A stretch of DNA of 64,000 nucleotides from Acidimicrobiaceae bacterium. GTDB lineage: Bacteria > Actinomycetota > Acidimicrobiia > Acidimicrobiales > Aldehydirespiratoraceae. Position 1 is the first letter of the stretch. Every line of letters begins with the position of its first letter. Both the position numbers and the translations under genes were made by a program. Of the stretch, positions 9,373 to 18,941 are shown one piece after another. The stretch is from NCBI GenBank assembly GCA_028819005.1, contig JAPPMP010000033.1, forward strand, positions 14,273 to 78,272, read 5' to 3'. The notes beneath the pieces were generated by a model that had not been told where the DNA came from, made no database searches, and saw only the letters and a program-made list of their open reading frames with translations.

Positions 9373-9451
9373 GGGCCGAAGCGTACACCGCAGCGGCGGC
9401 GACCGCGATGTCGGCGAACGGTCAGAGACAACAACGCAACAAACAAAGAAC

Positions 9452-9745
9452 GCGCGCAAATTGGCGGGCCTTCGAGTTGCAGCCCGTTGTTCCCCGCTCC
9501 TGGTTCGCTGCGCTGCGTTTCCCGCTCTTGTTCGCTGCGCTCACCGGGCCGTTCGGTCCGCGGGCGGGCTCGGTCTGGCAAGGCCCGGCTCGTCACGGCC
9601 GCGGGCGGGCCCATCCTCTCCATCGAAGTCGTCAACGGGCTCAGCCCGGCTCGTCACGCCCGCGGGCGGGCCGCTCGGGCCACGGCCCGCAAATCAAGCT
9701 GCTCGCACTCGGAAGTCCTCTGCCAATTCGCGGGGCCTCTAGGAT
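9452..9745. mobile_element. MITE-like intergenic element, copy 1 (about 290 bp) with terminal inverted repeats
   Basis: The 5' end GCGCAAATTGGCGGGCCTTCGAGTTGC matches the reverse complement of the 3' end (GCGAATTGGCAGAGGACTTCCGAGTGC). A second copy lies at 44074-44280. Confidence 0.6.
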
Positions 9746-9756
9746 ACGATGCGCTT

Positions 9757-10101
9757 GTGCTTGAGATCTCAGCTAGCCGCGTCAGCGAGGGCAACTATGT
9801 TGTGCTTCGCCCCCAGGGAGAACTCGACGCTTACTCCGTCGCTCAGTTCCGTGAGGCTTTCGCCAAGGTTTCCGAGGAGCAGCGGCTGTTGGTGGACCTC
9901 TCGGGTGTGCAGTTCATGGATTCGGCGGGTCTTGGAGCCTTGATCGGCGGTATCCGCAAAGTTCGCGACAACGAAGGCCGGATCGCAGTTTTCAGCGATC
10001 GTGCGGCGATCTCCCGGTTGCTTCACACGACCGGGTTCGACCGGATCGTTCCCGTCAAAGAAGACGTGCTCGAAGCCGTTGCTGCTCTGAGCGAAACCTA
10101 A
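9757..10101 (+). CDS. STAS-domain anti-sigma-factor antagonist
   Basis: LDAYSVAQFREAF, DLSGVQFMDSAGLGALIG and FDRIVPV. GTG 9757 is the first plausible start in the frame of the 480-aa ORF. Confidence 0.8.
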   Translation: MLEISASRVSEGNYVVLRPQGELDAYSVAQFREAFAKVSEEQRLLVDLSGVQFMDSAGLGALIGGIRKVRDNEGRIAVFSDRAAISRLLHTTGFDRIVPVKEDVLEAVAALSET

Positions 10102-11222
10102 AGCGGGTCTTGCACGAGCAGCTCGGCGATATCGCCGAGCGCGGATATGTCGTGCACGTCGCTCGACAGCAGTGGAACTTTTGTGAGGGTGGCGTCGGGG
10201 ACGTGGGCCATGATCTGTGAGATTCTGTCTTCGTCGCCTGCGGAGGCGTGGACATGGTCGACGAGAGCCTGCGCAGCGCCGGCCAGAGGGCCTGCGCCCA
10301 ACCTGGCTTGAAGCTGTGCAGCCTCGTCGCCTGATGCTGATAGCGCTGCGAGCATGCGATTCGCCACTACCGCAAGGACCGACAGGTCGGCGTCGGCGAG
10401 CCTGTTGAGGAAGTAGAGCGCTTCGGCGATCGTGTCGCTGCGGGGCGAGGCGACGAGCACGAAAGCGGTGTCGTCGGAGGCCAGCAGCGACAGGGTCTCA
10501 TCGGCTCGTTTCTTGAAGCCCTCCTCCATGCCCTGAAACGTCTGAAAGAACTCGATGGCGTCATCGACGACCTCGGCGCCGACCACCCTCGCCAGACGGC
10601 GAACCACGCCACTCGCAGCCCTGTTCACGGCCTGCCGGACCCCGGGCCGCGGAGATATCAGCAGTTTGTAGATGGTGTTGTTGAGCAGCCTTGTCAGCAG
10701 TTTGGGGGCTTCGAAGAAGGCGAGAGCATCGCGGGTCGGCGGAGTGTCGACGACCACGAGGTCCCAGTCGCCCGAACAGTGCAGTTCATTCAGCTTCTCC
10801 ACCGCCATGTAGTCCTGGGTGCCCGGCAGTTCGGTCGACACGTTCACGTAGAAACGATTGCTGAAGATGTGCTCGACCTGCTCCTTGCTGGTGGCGTGGC
10901 GGGTGACCACATCATCGAAAGTGGCCTTGCTGTCGAGCATCATCGCCCCGAGAGTCCCCGTCCAGGCACCGTCGATCACGGTCGGCGTGTTGCCGAGTGC
11001 ATCGATTCCGAGGGCGTCGGCCAGGCGTTTGGCGGGGTCGATCGTGACCACCACAGCGCGCCGCCCGGCTCGGGCCGCGGCGACAGCGGTGGCCGCGGCC
11101 ATCGTCGTCTTGCCGACGCCGCCGGTGCCGCAGGCGACGATCACCCGCTTCCGGGCGACCAGGTCACCGTAGTTGCTCGGTGGAGTGCTTATTGGCGGAG
11201 TACGAGTCATCAACCGGTTCAC
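10098..11222 (-). CDS. ArsA/Get3-family ATPase
   Basis: Deviant Walker A CGTGGVGKTT, IDPAKRLADALG and VVDTPPT. Confidence 0.85.
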   Translation of the reverse strand: MNRLMTRTPPISTPPSNYGDLVARKRVIVACGTGGVGKTTMAAATAVAAARAGRRAVVVTIDPAKRLADALGIDALGNTPTVIDGAWTGTLGAMMLDSKATFDDVVTRHATSKEQVEHIFSNRFYVNVSTELPGTQDYMAVEKLNELHCSGDWDLVVVDTPPTRDALAFFEAPKLLTRLLNNTIYKLLISPRPGVRQAVNRAASGVVRRLARVVGAEVVDDAIEFFQTFQGMEEGFKKRADETLSLLASDDTAFVLVASPRSDTIAEALYFLNRLADADLSVLAVVANRMLAALSASGDEAAQLQARLGAGPLAGAAQALVDHVHASAGDEDRISQIMAHVPDATLTKVPLLSSDVHDISALGDIAELLVQDPL

Positions 11223-11225
11223 ACT

Positions 11226-12230
11226 TCAGTCAGCCAACAATTTGATCGCTTCAATTGAGGCACTGGCTGCGTCGGCGAGCGTCTCGAGTTCGGCCAGACC
11301 GACCGAAGTGGTGAACAACTGCGGCAGACGTATCTGTGCAAGCGGCAGCTGCTGGGCCAGCGAGGCGAGTTGATCATCCTGCAACGACAGCCGATCCCGC
11401 CGGAAGTCGGCCGCCGTGATCAGGTCGCTGATCTCACCTGCGCTCAGCGCGTGCTCGGAGGCCCCGAATTCGGACGGATCAAGCTCAGAAGCCGTGTCGA
11501 GCGATTCGATCGACGGGAGAAGGCCGTTGACCACGACCGGGCCGAGCGCCAACCCCACCTCGTCCTCGACGGCGAACGCGGTTTCGACCAACTCCTTGAT
11601 CGGTGTCTCCTCCGCGATGGTGACCAGCAGAGCCCGGCACCGTTGGCTGTCACCCAACATTTCCAAGGTCTCGGTTGCCTGGCGCCTCAGCACTCCGGTG
11701 CGTGCGGTGTTGCGCACCGCCAGCGGTGCTTTCAAGAAGTTGAGCGCGTGGCCCGCCGCGGGAGCGTCCACAACAATCAGGTCGGCCGCACGACTCTGCT
11801 CGAGATGTTTGATCTGACCCAGTACCAGCAGTTCCTTGATGCCGGGAGTTGCAGTGGCGACGATTTCAAGCAGTCCGGACCTAGACATGCGCCTGACGAT
11901 CCGCGCAAAACCGTGGTTGCTCAACCATTCGACGAGCGCGGCGTCGGGGGTGATCGAGCGGCAGCGGACCTGACCGCGGTCGGGGTCGTCGTAAACGGTC
12001 TGCTCGTCGTAGCCTTGTGGATCGACGTCGAACATCGGCGCCGAACCCAACCTGCCGGCCACCTCCACAACCAGGACGGTGCGTCCGGTTCGAGCCGCCG
12101 CCAAGGCCAAGCCGGCTGAGGCGGCGGTCTTGCCCACGCCACCTTTCCCCGCCACGATCAGGATCCGCGACGATGCGAAGAATTGACCGGGATCCATTCC
12201 CCCCCTCGAAGCGATCGACACGATGGACAC
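11226..12230 (-). CDS. ArsA/Get3-family ATPase (paralogue, same operon)
   Basis: AGKGGVGKTA and VVDAPAAGHALNFL. It lies 3 nt upstream of the previous gene. The start may be ATG 12197. Confidence 0.8.
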   Translation of the reverse strand: MSIVSIASRGGMDPGQFFASSRILIVAGKGGVGKTAASAGLALAAARTGRTVLVVEVAGRLGSAPMFDVDPQGYDEQTVYDDPDRGQVRCRSITPDAALVEWLSNHGFARIVRRMSRSGLLEIVATATPGIKELLVLGQIKHLEQSRAADLIVVDAPAAGHALNFLKAPLAVRNTARTGVLRRQATETLEMLGDSQRCRALLVTIAEETPIKELVETAFAVEDEVGLALGPVVVNGLLPSIESLDTASELDPSEFGASEHALSAGEISDLITAADFRRDRLSLQDDQLASLAQQLPLAQIRLPQLFTTSVGLAELETLADAASASIEAIKLLAD

Positions 12231-12277
12231 GGCTGCGTCGTTCGGTCACGCTATCGTCTGCGGCCGCACTGCTAGCG

Positions 12278-13534
12278 ATGTCGCTGCTCGGCTGGTTCAT
12301 GCCCGCCCACGCTCAGCAGAGCTCGAGCCTCGCGGCGCAGAGCACGGCGGCCGACGAATACCCGACGTTCGACGTCATCGAGATAGCAGGGTTGATCGAT
12401 GAGATCGTCGCCGACTTCATCGAGGAGTTCATAGTCGATGCCGAGGCCGGCGGATCGGGTGGCGTCGTCCTTCAGGTGAACAGCAGCGGGCATGTGGTGA
12501 GCGATGAACGGTTGACAGAGGTGGCGCAGGCCATCGCTGACTCGACGGTCCCGGTGTACGCATGGGTCGGCCCGTCCGGCTCCTCAGCGCAGGGCGGGAC
12601 TGCTCAACTCGTGGCGGCGACCGAAGAGTTGTCGGTGGCGGTGGGAGCACGATTCGGGAACACCGGCGAACTGATCTTCCCGGAGCTTCTGTCGGATCAG
12701 TTCCTGCGTGCAGCCAGCGCCCTCGAGAACGGCACGGTCGATGAAGAAACCGTCGTCTCCCAGGGTCTCGCACACCGCGATTCACCCACTCTCTTGTCCT
12801 TTGTGCTGGATTTGCCCGGTTTTGCCAGCACGGTGGACAACAGCGGTGAGGAACCGGTGCGCGTGCCGGACTCACAAGTGCGCTTCTCCAAGCTTCCCCT
12901 CATCGACGGCTGGGTACACAGCCTCGCCAGTCCTGCGATGGCCTACCTGCTCTTCCTGATAGGGGCGGCGCTGCTCATATTCGAGTTCTACACCGCAGGC
13001 GTGGGGATTGCCGGGGCGATAGGGGCGGGTTGCTTCGTGGTCGGCTGTTATGGCTTCGATGTTCTGCCCGCTCGGAACTGGGCGATCGCGCTTCTCGTCG
13101 TTGCCATGTTCGGGTACGCCATCGATGTGCAGGTGGGAGTGCCGCGGGTGTGGTCGTGGATAGCGACGTTCTGTCTGATCGCTGGCTCGTTGTTCCTGTA
13201 TGAAGGGATGGTGATCTCATGGATAACGCTGCTGGTGGGCATCATCGGCATTGCGCTCTCGATGATCTCGGGCATGCCTTCGATGATCCGCACCCGCTTC
13301 GGAACGCCCACGATCGGCCGCGAATGGATGGTGGGGAAGATGGCTGAGGCCACAGAGGACATCAAGAAGGAGGGCATTGTCAGTGTCGACGGCGCTCCCT
13401 GGCGAGCACGTGTGAATCGCACAACCCCGATCTCAGCGGGCGATCAGGTCCGCATTGTTGCCATTGAGGGGCTCTACCTCGAGATTGAGCCGGAAACCGG
13501 CGGTGCTCGCGACTACCGCGAGATGCGGCATTGA
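12278..13534 (+). CDS. NfeD-family membrane-bound serine protease
   Basis: ClpP-like N-terminal domain, four transmembrane segments and a C-terminal OB-like NfeD domain (VDGAPWRARV...GDQVRIVAIEG). The start is uncertain: ATG 12278, or ATG 12173, which gives a better signal peptide but overlaps the divergent gene. Confidence 0.75.
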   Translation: MSLLGWFMPAHAQQSSSLAAQSTAADEYPTFDVIEIAGLIDEIVADFIEEFIVDAEAGGSGGVVLQVNSSGHVVSDERLTEVAQAIADSTVPVYAWVGPSGSSAQGGTAQLVAATEELSVAVGARFGNTGELIFPELLSDQFLRAASALENGTVDEETVVSQGLAHRDSPTLLSFVLDLPGFASTVDNSGEEPVRVPDSQVRFSKLPLIDGWVHSLASPAMAYLLFLIGAALLIFEFYTAGVGIAGAIGAGCFVVGCYGFDVLPARNWAIALLVVAMFGYAIDVQVGVPRVWSWIATFCLIAGSLFLYEGMVISWITLLVGIIGIALSMISGMPSMIRTRFGTPTIGREWMVGKMAEATEDIKKEGIVSVDGAPWRARVNRTTPISAGDQVRIVAIEGLYLEIEPETGGARDYREMRH

Positions 13535-13594
13535 TCCACGATGTTGATCCACGATGTTGATCCAATGGGATCGAATGGTTCAGATGTTGACCCA
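13531..13594. repeat. tandem TTGATCCACGATG units plus a further GATGTTGACCCA copy
   Basis: Units at 13531-13543 and 13544-13556, a degenerate unit at 13557-13569, and a related 12-mer at 13583-13594. The array begins within the nfeD stop codon in the lower-G+C whiB leader. Confidence 0.8.
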
Positions 13595-13688
13595 AAAACT
13601 ACTGACAGTGGTTATTTCTCTGTAGTTCGCACTCAAAACGTTTGCCCAACGTCGATCTGTCTGGTAGCCAAACATCTGAAGAAACGGA

Positions 13689-13949
13689 GTGCTGATGATC
13701 AAGCAATTTGACGCTGTCGATTGGCAATTGCGCGCAGCTTGCCGCGGACCTCAGTCGGCGATCTTTTTCCCTCCTGCGTCGCCCGAGCGACGAGATGAGA
13801 AGCGGGCCCGCGAACGGCACGCAAAGGCGATCTGCGAAACCTGCACCGTGCGCGACGACTGCTTGGCCCATGCCCTCTCCATTCGCGAACAGCACGGCAT
13901 CTGGGGTGGACTGAGCGAAAGCGAGCGCCGCCAGCTGCTGACCGTCTAG
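13689..13949 (+). CDS. whiB: WhiB-family Fe-S transcriptional regulator
   Basis: Four Cys (C-x26-C-x2-C-x5-C), GIWGG and a basic tail. The start is GTG 13689 or ATG 13695. Confidence 0.9.
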   Translation: MLMIKQFDAVDWQLRAACRGPQSAIFFPPASPERRDEKRARERHAKAICETCTVRDDCLAHALSIREQHGIWGGLSESERRQLLTV

Positions 13950-13974
13950 CCCGAGCCCGCTAGGTCGACTCCCC

Positions 13975-15705
13975 TCAGGCCGATTCATCCAGTGGCGGCA
14001 GTCTGGGTCCGCCGATCCGCAGATCACCACGACGCCGGGTGATCCCGTTGTCGTCGAGACAGGACAGCAGCGGAATGGCGTACTTGCGGCTCGTTCCCCA
14101 CTCGTCACGGACCTCGGCCACCGTGACCCCGTCGGGTTGACGGCTCAAAAGAGCGGCCACGACTCCAGCCGCAGCCGCGACCGCGCTCTTGGCGAAATAA
14201 ACCCCGTGGGCTTCGATCACGTCACCCCTGCGAACCAGCTCACGAAGTTCAGCCCGGTCGACGCCGGTGGGATCGGGAGGGGCGAACGGCGAGGCCTCCA
14301 GAGCATCCACGAAGGGATGCCCGGTCAATGTGTCGACCGCGTCGACAGCCCTCGCGTGGCCGTGGTCCACGGTCACGCCGACAAGGGTGTCCAACAACGC
14401 TCGTCCGAAGTCGTCGAGGGTTGCAATGTCTAGTCCTAGCGGCCCCGCTGCGGAGACGGCCTCGCCGAGCTCGACCCGACGGGCCTCCAACACCGCAGGG
14501 TCCACCGCCCAGTTCCCCACATCGGGTTCACGCCGCTCACCGGTCAGTCGCAGCAGATGGTCGACGTCCACTCGACCTCGTTCGGCGATCACCCGGTCCA
14601 AGCTCCGATCAGGCCGGGCTTTGGCAGCGGCGACTATCGGGTCGACGTCCAGGATCTCCCCTCCCCCGAGCGTCTCCCCCCGGCCCGATTCGCGAAGGAT
14701 GAACCGGTCCCCGGGCAACAGAGGCAGCCCCACCGGCAGATGCAGGCGAACCGCGCCCTCTGTGCCGGGCTGAATCTCCGAAGGGCCGAGCACACGGAGC
14801 CTGACCGGGAACTCCCCGGAGCCCAGATAGGCCATGTGAGCACCCCGTCGGGTGACCGGATGGTCAACGGCGTCAAGGACCTTCAACTGGCCGTCGATGC
14901 GCCGGGTGACATGCCACTGGTCGGCCCCTACGAGCACATCGCCGCGGGTCAGCTCGTCATGGCTGACCCCGGACAGGTTCAGTGCAACCCGGTTCCCCGG
15001 TCCCACCTTCGATCGTTCGGCATACAAGCTCTGCAGCGCCCGGACCCGTACAGCCCGCCGGTTGGGCAGAGCAGCCAATTCATCGCCTACCCGCACCCGG
15101 CCGCCGGTGAGGGTCCCCGTGACCACGGTCCCCGATCCCTTTGCGGCGAACACCCGGTCGATCCAGAGCCGCGGCCGCTTGTGGTCGACCGCTGTCGGTG
15201 TGCTCTCCAGCAACTCGTCGAGTGCTTGCTGGATGTCCTCGACGCCGGACCCGTCCAGAGCGTCCACGTCGACAATCGCCGCACCTTCCAGAAAGGTGCC
15301 CTCCGCGCGTTCCTCCACGTCGAGGCGCGCCAGTTCTCGCAAGTCCTCATCGGCCAAGGAGGCTTTCGTGAGCGCCAGCAGCCCGTGTTTGATCCCCAGC
15401 AGATCCAGGATCTGCAGATGTTCCTCGGACTGGGGCTTCCAACCCTCGGTGGCCGCCACCACGAAAACGCAGGCGTCTACGCTGCCAACCCCGGCCAGCA
15501 TGTTCTTGAGGAAGCGGACATGGCCGGGCACGTCGATGAACGCCACGCCTCTGCCGGAGGGGAGTTGCGTTGAAGCGAAGCCCAAGTCGATGGTGAGTCC
15601 GCGTGCCTTCTCCTCAGACAGCCGATCCGGGTCGGTGCCGGTCAGCGCCTTGACCAGGGTCGACTTGCCGTGGTCCACATGCCCGGCCGTAGCCACCACA
15701 TGCAT
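13975..15705 (-). CDS. selB: selenocysteine-specific translation elongation factor
   Basis: GTPase motifs AGHVDHGKS and DVPGH, followed by EF-Tu-like domains and winged-helix C-terminal domains. It lies immediately downstream of selA. Confidence 0.9.
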   Translation of the reverse strand: MHVVATAGHVDHGKSTLVKALTGTDPDRLSEEKARGLTIDLGFASTQLPSGRGVAFIDVPGHVRFLKNMLAGVGSVDACVFVVAATEGWKPQSEEHLQILDLLGIKHGLLALTKASLADEDLRELARLDVEERAEGTFLEGAAIVDVDALDGSGVEDIQQALDELLESTPTAVDHKRPRLWIDRVFAAKGSGTVVTGTLTGGRVRVGDELAALPNRRAVRVRALQSLYAERSKVGPGNRVALNLSGVSHDELTRGDVLVGADQWHVTRRIDGQLKVLDAVDHPVTRRGAHMAYLGSGEFPVRLRVLGPSEIQPGTEGAVRLHLPVGLPLLPGDRFILRESGRGETLGGGEILDVDPIVAAAKARPDRSLDRVIAERGRVDVDHLLRLTGERREPDVGNWAVDPAVLEARRVELGEAVSAAGPLGLDIATLDDFGRALLDTLVGVTVDHGHARAVDAVDTLTGHPFVDALEASPFAPPDPTGVDRAELRELVRRGDVIEAHGVYFAKSAVAAAAGVVAALLSRQPDGVTVAEVRDEWGTSRKYAIPLLSCLDDNGITRRRGDLRIGGPRLPPLDESA

Positions 15706-15740
15706 CGGTCAACACCCCCCGACGTGTGGCGAGCGGATCA

Positions 15741-17009
15741 TCAGTCAGAGCCGGGGGTCAAAGCAGCGGCAATCTCGGAGTCGTCGTCCGGGTGAACGGT
15801 GCGGAGATCGATGACGGTGCGCCCGTCGACGACCCGGGCAATTATCGGGCGCCGGTGGTTGCGCAGACGGTTGCGCTGGTCGCCTTCGACCGCCACGCCC
15901 GCAGACGGGATCTCCACTCCCGGCAAGGTCCCGCCACCTGGCGTGGAAGCGACGTCCACAACGACCCCGACGCCGATTTCCTGGGCTCGGGAGCGCAGCT
16001 CATCTTGGGACAGAGACGCCATTCGCCAAAACGGGATGGCGTCGCCGTCGCGATTCAGGTAGGCCAAAGCGGTGGCCTGCAAAGCCCCGAGGACCAGGGA
16101 GCCGGGTCTGAGGGCACGGGCCAGCGGATGGGCCGCGCACGCTGCCACCAGATCAGCGCGGCCCGCGATGATGCCCGCTTGTGGACCACCGAAGAGCTTG
16201 TCGCCGGAGAACGTGACCAGATCGGCGCCCGCCTCAAGCGTCTGACGAGCGGCTGGTTCGTTGTCCAGCCACCCGGGGGGTCCACCGGGCAGCCAGGAGC
16301 AACGGCTGTCGGCGAGTCCCGAACCGATGTCGGAGACCAGCGGGCGGCTGAGCGTGGCGAGCTCGGCGGTCCGGGGGGCTTCGGTGAAGCCGACGATCTT
16401 GTAGTTCGACTGGTGTACCTGCAGCACCACAGCGGCGGCATCGCCGTGCTGCTCGACCGCTCGTTTGAAATCGGCCAGCCTCGTGCGATTGGTGGTCCCG
16501 ACCTCGATGAGTCGTGCCCCCGAACGTTCCATCACGTCGGGAACCCGAAAACCCCCGCCGATCTCCACCAACTCGCCGCGGGAGACCACTACTCCTGAGC
16601 CCTCGGCGAGACTCGCCAACACGAGCAGCACCGCTGCCGCGCAATTGTTCACCACAATCGCAGCTTCAGCCCCGCAGACCTGGGCGATCAGCGCCGGAGC
16701 GGCGTCCATGCGCGAGCCGCGTTCTCCAGTCGTCAGATCGAACTCGAGATTCGAGTACTGCTCGGCTTGGTCCCAGCTGATCGGGGCACGACCGAGGTTG
16801 GTGTGCAGCAGCGTGCCGGTGCCGTTGATGACCGGGCGCAGCAGGCGGCGCCTGGCCGCGTCGTCGGCGATCTGACGTGCGCTTTCGGGGGCTCCGGCGT
16901 TGATCGCGGTGCGGGCCGCCTCCACGAGCATCGGGTGAGGAAGGCCGGTGTCGTGCAACGACCGGGCCAGCCGGTCGACCGACGGAGGGCGCGAAGTCTG
17001 TTCAGTCAC
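15741..17009 (-). CDS. selA: L-seryl-tRNA(Sec) selenium transferase
   Basis: The PLP-lysine motif FSGDKLFGGPQAGII, the N-terminal VDRLARS motif and a length of 422 aa fit SelA. Confidence 0.9.
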   Translation of the reverse strand: MTEQTSRPPSVDRLARSLHDTGLPHPMLVEAARTAINAGAPESARQIADDAARRRLLRPVINGTGTLLHTNLGRAPISWDQAEQYSNLEFDLTTGERGSRMDAAPALIAQVCGAEAAIVVNNCAAAVLLVLASLAEGSGVVVSRGELVEIGGGFRVPDVMERSGARLIEVGTTNRTRLADFKRAVEQHGDAAAVVLQVHQSNYKIVGFTEAPRTAELATLSRPLVSDIGSGLADSRCSWLPGGPPGWLDNEPAARQTLEAGADLVTFSGDKLFGGPQAGIIAGRADLVAACAAHPLARALRPGSLVLGALQATALAYLNRDGDAIPFWRMASLSQDELRSRAQEIGVGVVVDVASTPGGGTLPGVEIPSAGVAVEGDQRNRLRNHRRPIIARVVDGRTVIDLRTVHPDDDSEIAAALTPGSD

Positions 17010-17090
17010 GACCGGATCAGCCTAGAGCACCAGTGCGCCCACGGGGTTCTGCGGTGCACGTACCCTGAATCCCCGTAGGATGGCCGCATC

Positions 17091-17645
17091 TTGGGCATCC
17101 TCTTTGTTCTGTTTCTTGTGGTCATGGTAACCGAGGGCTATCTGATCCTCGCGTTCGCCGCAGCCTTCGGCGGGTGGAACACCGTGGGTCTGATCGTGCT
17201 GACCTCTATGGTCGGCGCCGTTCTCGTCAGGAGCGAGGGTCTCAGCGTGCTGCGCCGGGCGCAGCAGTCGCTCGACAGGGGCCAGATTCCGACCAACGAA
17301 TTGATCAACGGCGTGTTGTTGTTGGTCGCCGCAGCGCTGATCCTGACGCCGGGGTTCTTGACCGCAGGTGTCGGACTGCTCCTGTTGTTCCCTCCGACTA
17401 GGGCGGTCGTGCGGGAAGTGCTCAAGCGCCGCTTCGCCGGTCGGGTGATGGCCCGTGAGACGTTTCGCGGGTCCGGAGTGCATTTCGGCCAATGGACCGA
17501 TGTGAACGCAACCGATGTCACCGATGCAGGTGAAGCAGGCTACGGCGACAGCGGGGGCTCGGCGATCGAACTGGGCGCGGCGTCTGAGGAGGACACGAAC
17601 TCCGATGCGGACGGAGGCCCCGGCGCAGGTCCCCGACAACGCTGA
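17091..17645 (+). CDS. fxsA: FxsA-family cytoplasmic membrane protein
   Basis: LLLVAAALILTPGFLTAGVGLLLLFPPTR is the family signature. Confidence 0.8.
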   Translation: MGILFVLFLVVMVTEGYLILAFAAAFGGWNTVGLIVLTSMVGAVLVRSEGLSVLRRAQQSLDRGQIPTNELINGVLLLVAAALILTPGFLTAGVGLLLLFPPTRAVVREVLKRRFAGRVMARETFRGSGVHFGQWTDVNATDVTDAGEAGYGDSGGSAIELGAASEEDTNSDADGGPGAGPRQR

Positions 17646-17652
17646 CAACCGC

Positions 17653-17685
17653 CGCGTTCAGTTCGCGTTCAGTTCGCGTTCGTTT
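17653..17685. repeat. three tandem 11-bp units CGCGTTC(A/G)(G/T)TT
   Basis: Units at 17653-17663, 17664-17674 and 17675-17685. They span the convergent junction of fxsA and mrp and include the mrp stop codon. Confidence 0.8.
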
Positions 17686-18853
17686 CGAACTCGTCCAACT
17701 CGTCGAGGGCAGTCATCGCGGCTTCAAGCATGCGGGCCGAGCAACCCGCCATCTCCACCGGGGGGATGTACTCCTCCGCAATGGCCGCGGCGATGGCCCT
17801 GATGGCATCGGCAGCGGGGCTGGAGCCGAGCACTGCCGGCGAGCCGTTGTCGCCTCCGACTGACACCTCAGCCTCGATCGGCACCGATCCGAGCAGCGGC
17901 ACACCCACGTCGTCGGCGAGTTGTTGGCCGCCTCCGCTTCCGAACAGATCGTGTTCGCTGCCGTCAGGGGCGACGAAGCTGGTCATGTTCTCGATGACGC
18001 CGACGATCCGCAGATAGTTCTTGCGACCCATGTCGGCCACCCGCGCGGCAACTTTCTGGGCATTGCTTGCGGGGGTGGTGACGATCAGCATCTCGGCGCG
18101 GGGCAGCAGTTTCGCCAGACCCATCTGCACATCTCCGGTTCCGGGCGGCATGTCGATCAGCAGGTAGTCGAGATCCTCGGACCAGGCGACGTCTTCGCAG
18201 AAGTGCCGGACTGCCCGGTCCAGCATGAGCCCGCGCCACATCAACGCAGAGTCCTCCTGTGCGACAAGGAAGCCCATCGACACGATTTCGAGGCGACCGC
18301 CGCCGATCTGGCGGATAAGGGGAGTGATCTTCCCTTCATGGGCGACCAGGTCGCCGTCGACCCCGAGCATGCGGGGAACCGAGAACCCCCAGATGTCGGC
18401 GTCCATCACGCCGACCGCGTAGCCGCTGTCGGCCAGCGCGGCTGCCAGGTTGGTCGTGATCGAAGATTTGCCGACTCCACCCTTGCCCGAGGCGATCATG
18501 ATGACTTTGGTGGTCGGCGGGATGGCCGTGGCCGGGGCGTCCTGGCTGACGTTGAATCGTGCCTTGGCCATGGCCTCAGACTTCTGTTCCTGGGTCAGTT
18601 CGCCCCAGTTGATCTTCACGCTGGCGACCCCGGGTAGCGACAGGAGACGGCTGCGGACGTCCTTTTGGATCTGTCCCCGCAACGGGCAGCCGCTGGTGGT
18701 CAGGGCGATCTCCAAAGTGATCCGACCGCTGTCGGCGACGTCCACGGAGCGGGCCATGCCGAGCTCGACGATGTCGCTGCCCAGTTCAGGGTCGACCACC
18801 CCGCGCAGCAACCCCATCACGTCATCAGCAGTGGGCAGCGCAGCGTCTGTCAC
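17669..18853 (-). CDS. apbC: Mrp/ApbC-family Fe-S cluster carrier ATPase with N-terminal DUF59 domain
   Basis: SGKGGVGKSS, the CxxC-type GCPLRG in the DUF59 part and DMPPGTGD. Confidence 0.9.
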   Translation of the reverse strand: MTDAALPTADDVMGLLRGVVDPELGSDIVELGMARSVDVADSGRITLEIALTTSGCPLRGQIQKDVRSRLLSLPGVASVKINWGELTQEQKSEAMAKARFNVSQDAPATAIPPTTKVIMIASGKGGVGKSSITTNLAAALADSGYAVGVMDADIWGFSVPRMLGVDGDLVAHEGKITPLIRQIGGGRLEIVSMGFLVAQEDSALMWRGLMLDRAVRHFCEDVAWSEDLDYLLIDMPPGTGDVQMGLAKLLPRAEMLIVTTPASNAQKVAARVADMGRKNYLRIVGVIENMTSFVAPDGSEHDLFGSGGGQQLADDVGVPLLGSVPIEAEVSVGGDNGSPAVLGSSPAADAIRAIAAAIAEEYIPPVEMAGCSARMLEAAMTALDELDEFETNAN

Positions 18854-18941
18854 CCCCCGAGGCTACCGCCGCAACCCGAGCGCGAGTTCTCTGTGCCGCA
18901 CAGCTCGTAGGTTCAGGGGGTCGTCCGTGCGGGTTGGGAGA

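Noticed and set aside
8659-10101. 480-aa plus-strand ORF spanning tRNA-Pro, the response-regulator gene and the repeat element
   Set aside because: Only the last 114 codons (from GTG 9757) look like a real STAS protein. The rest runs through a tRNA, an opposite-strand gene and a non-coding repeat.
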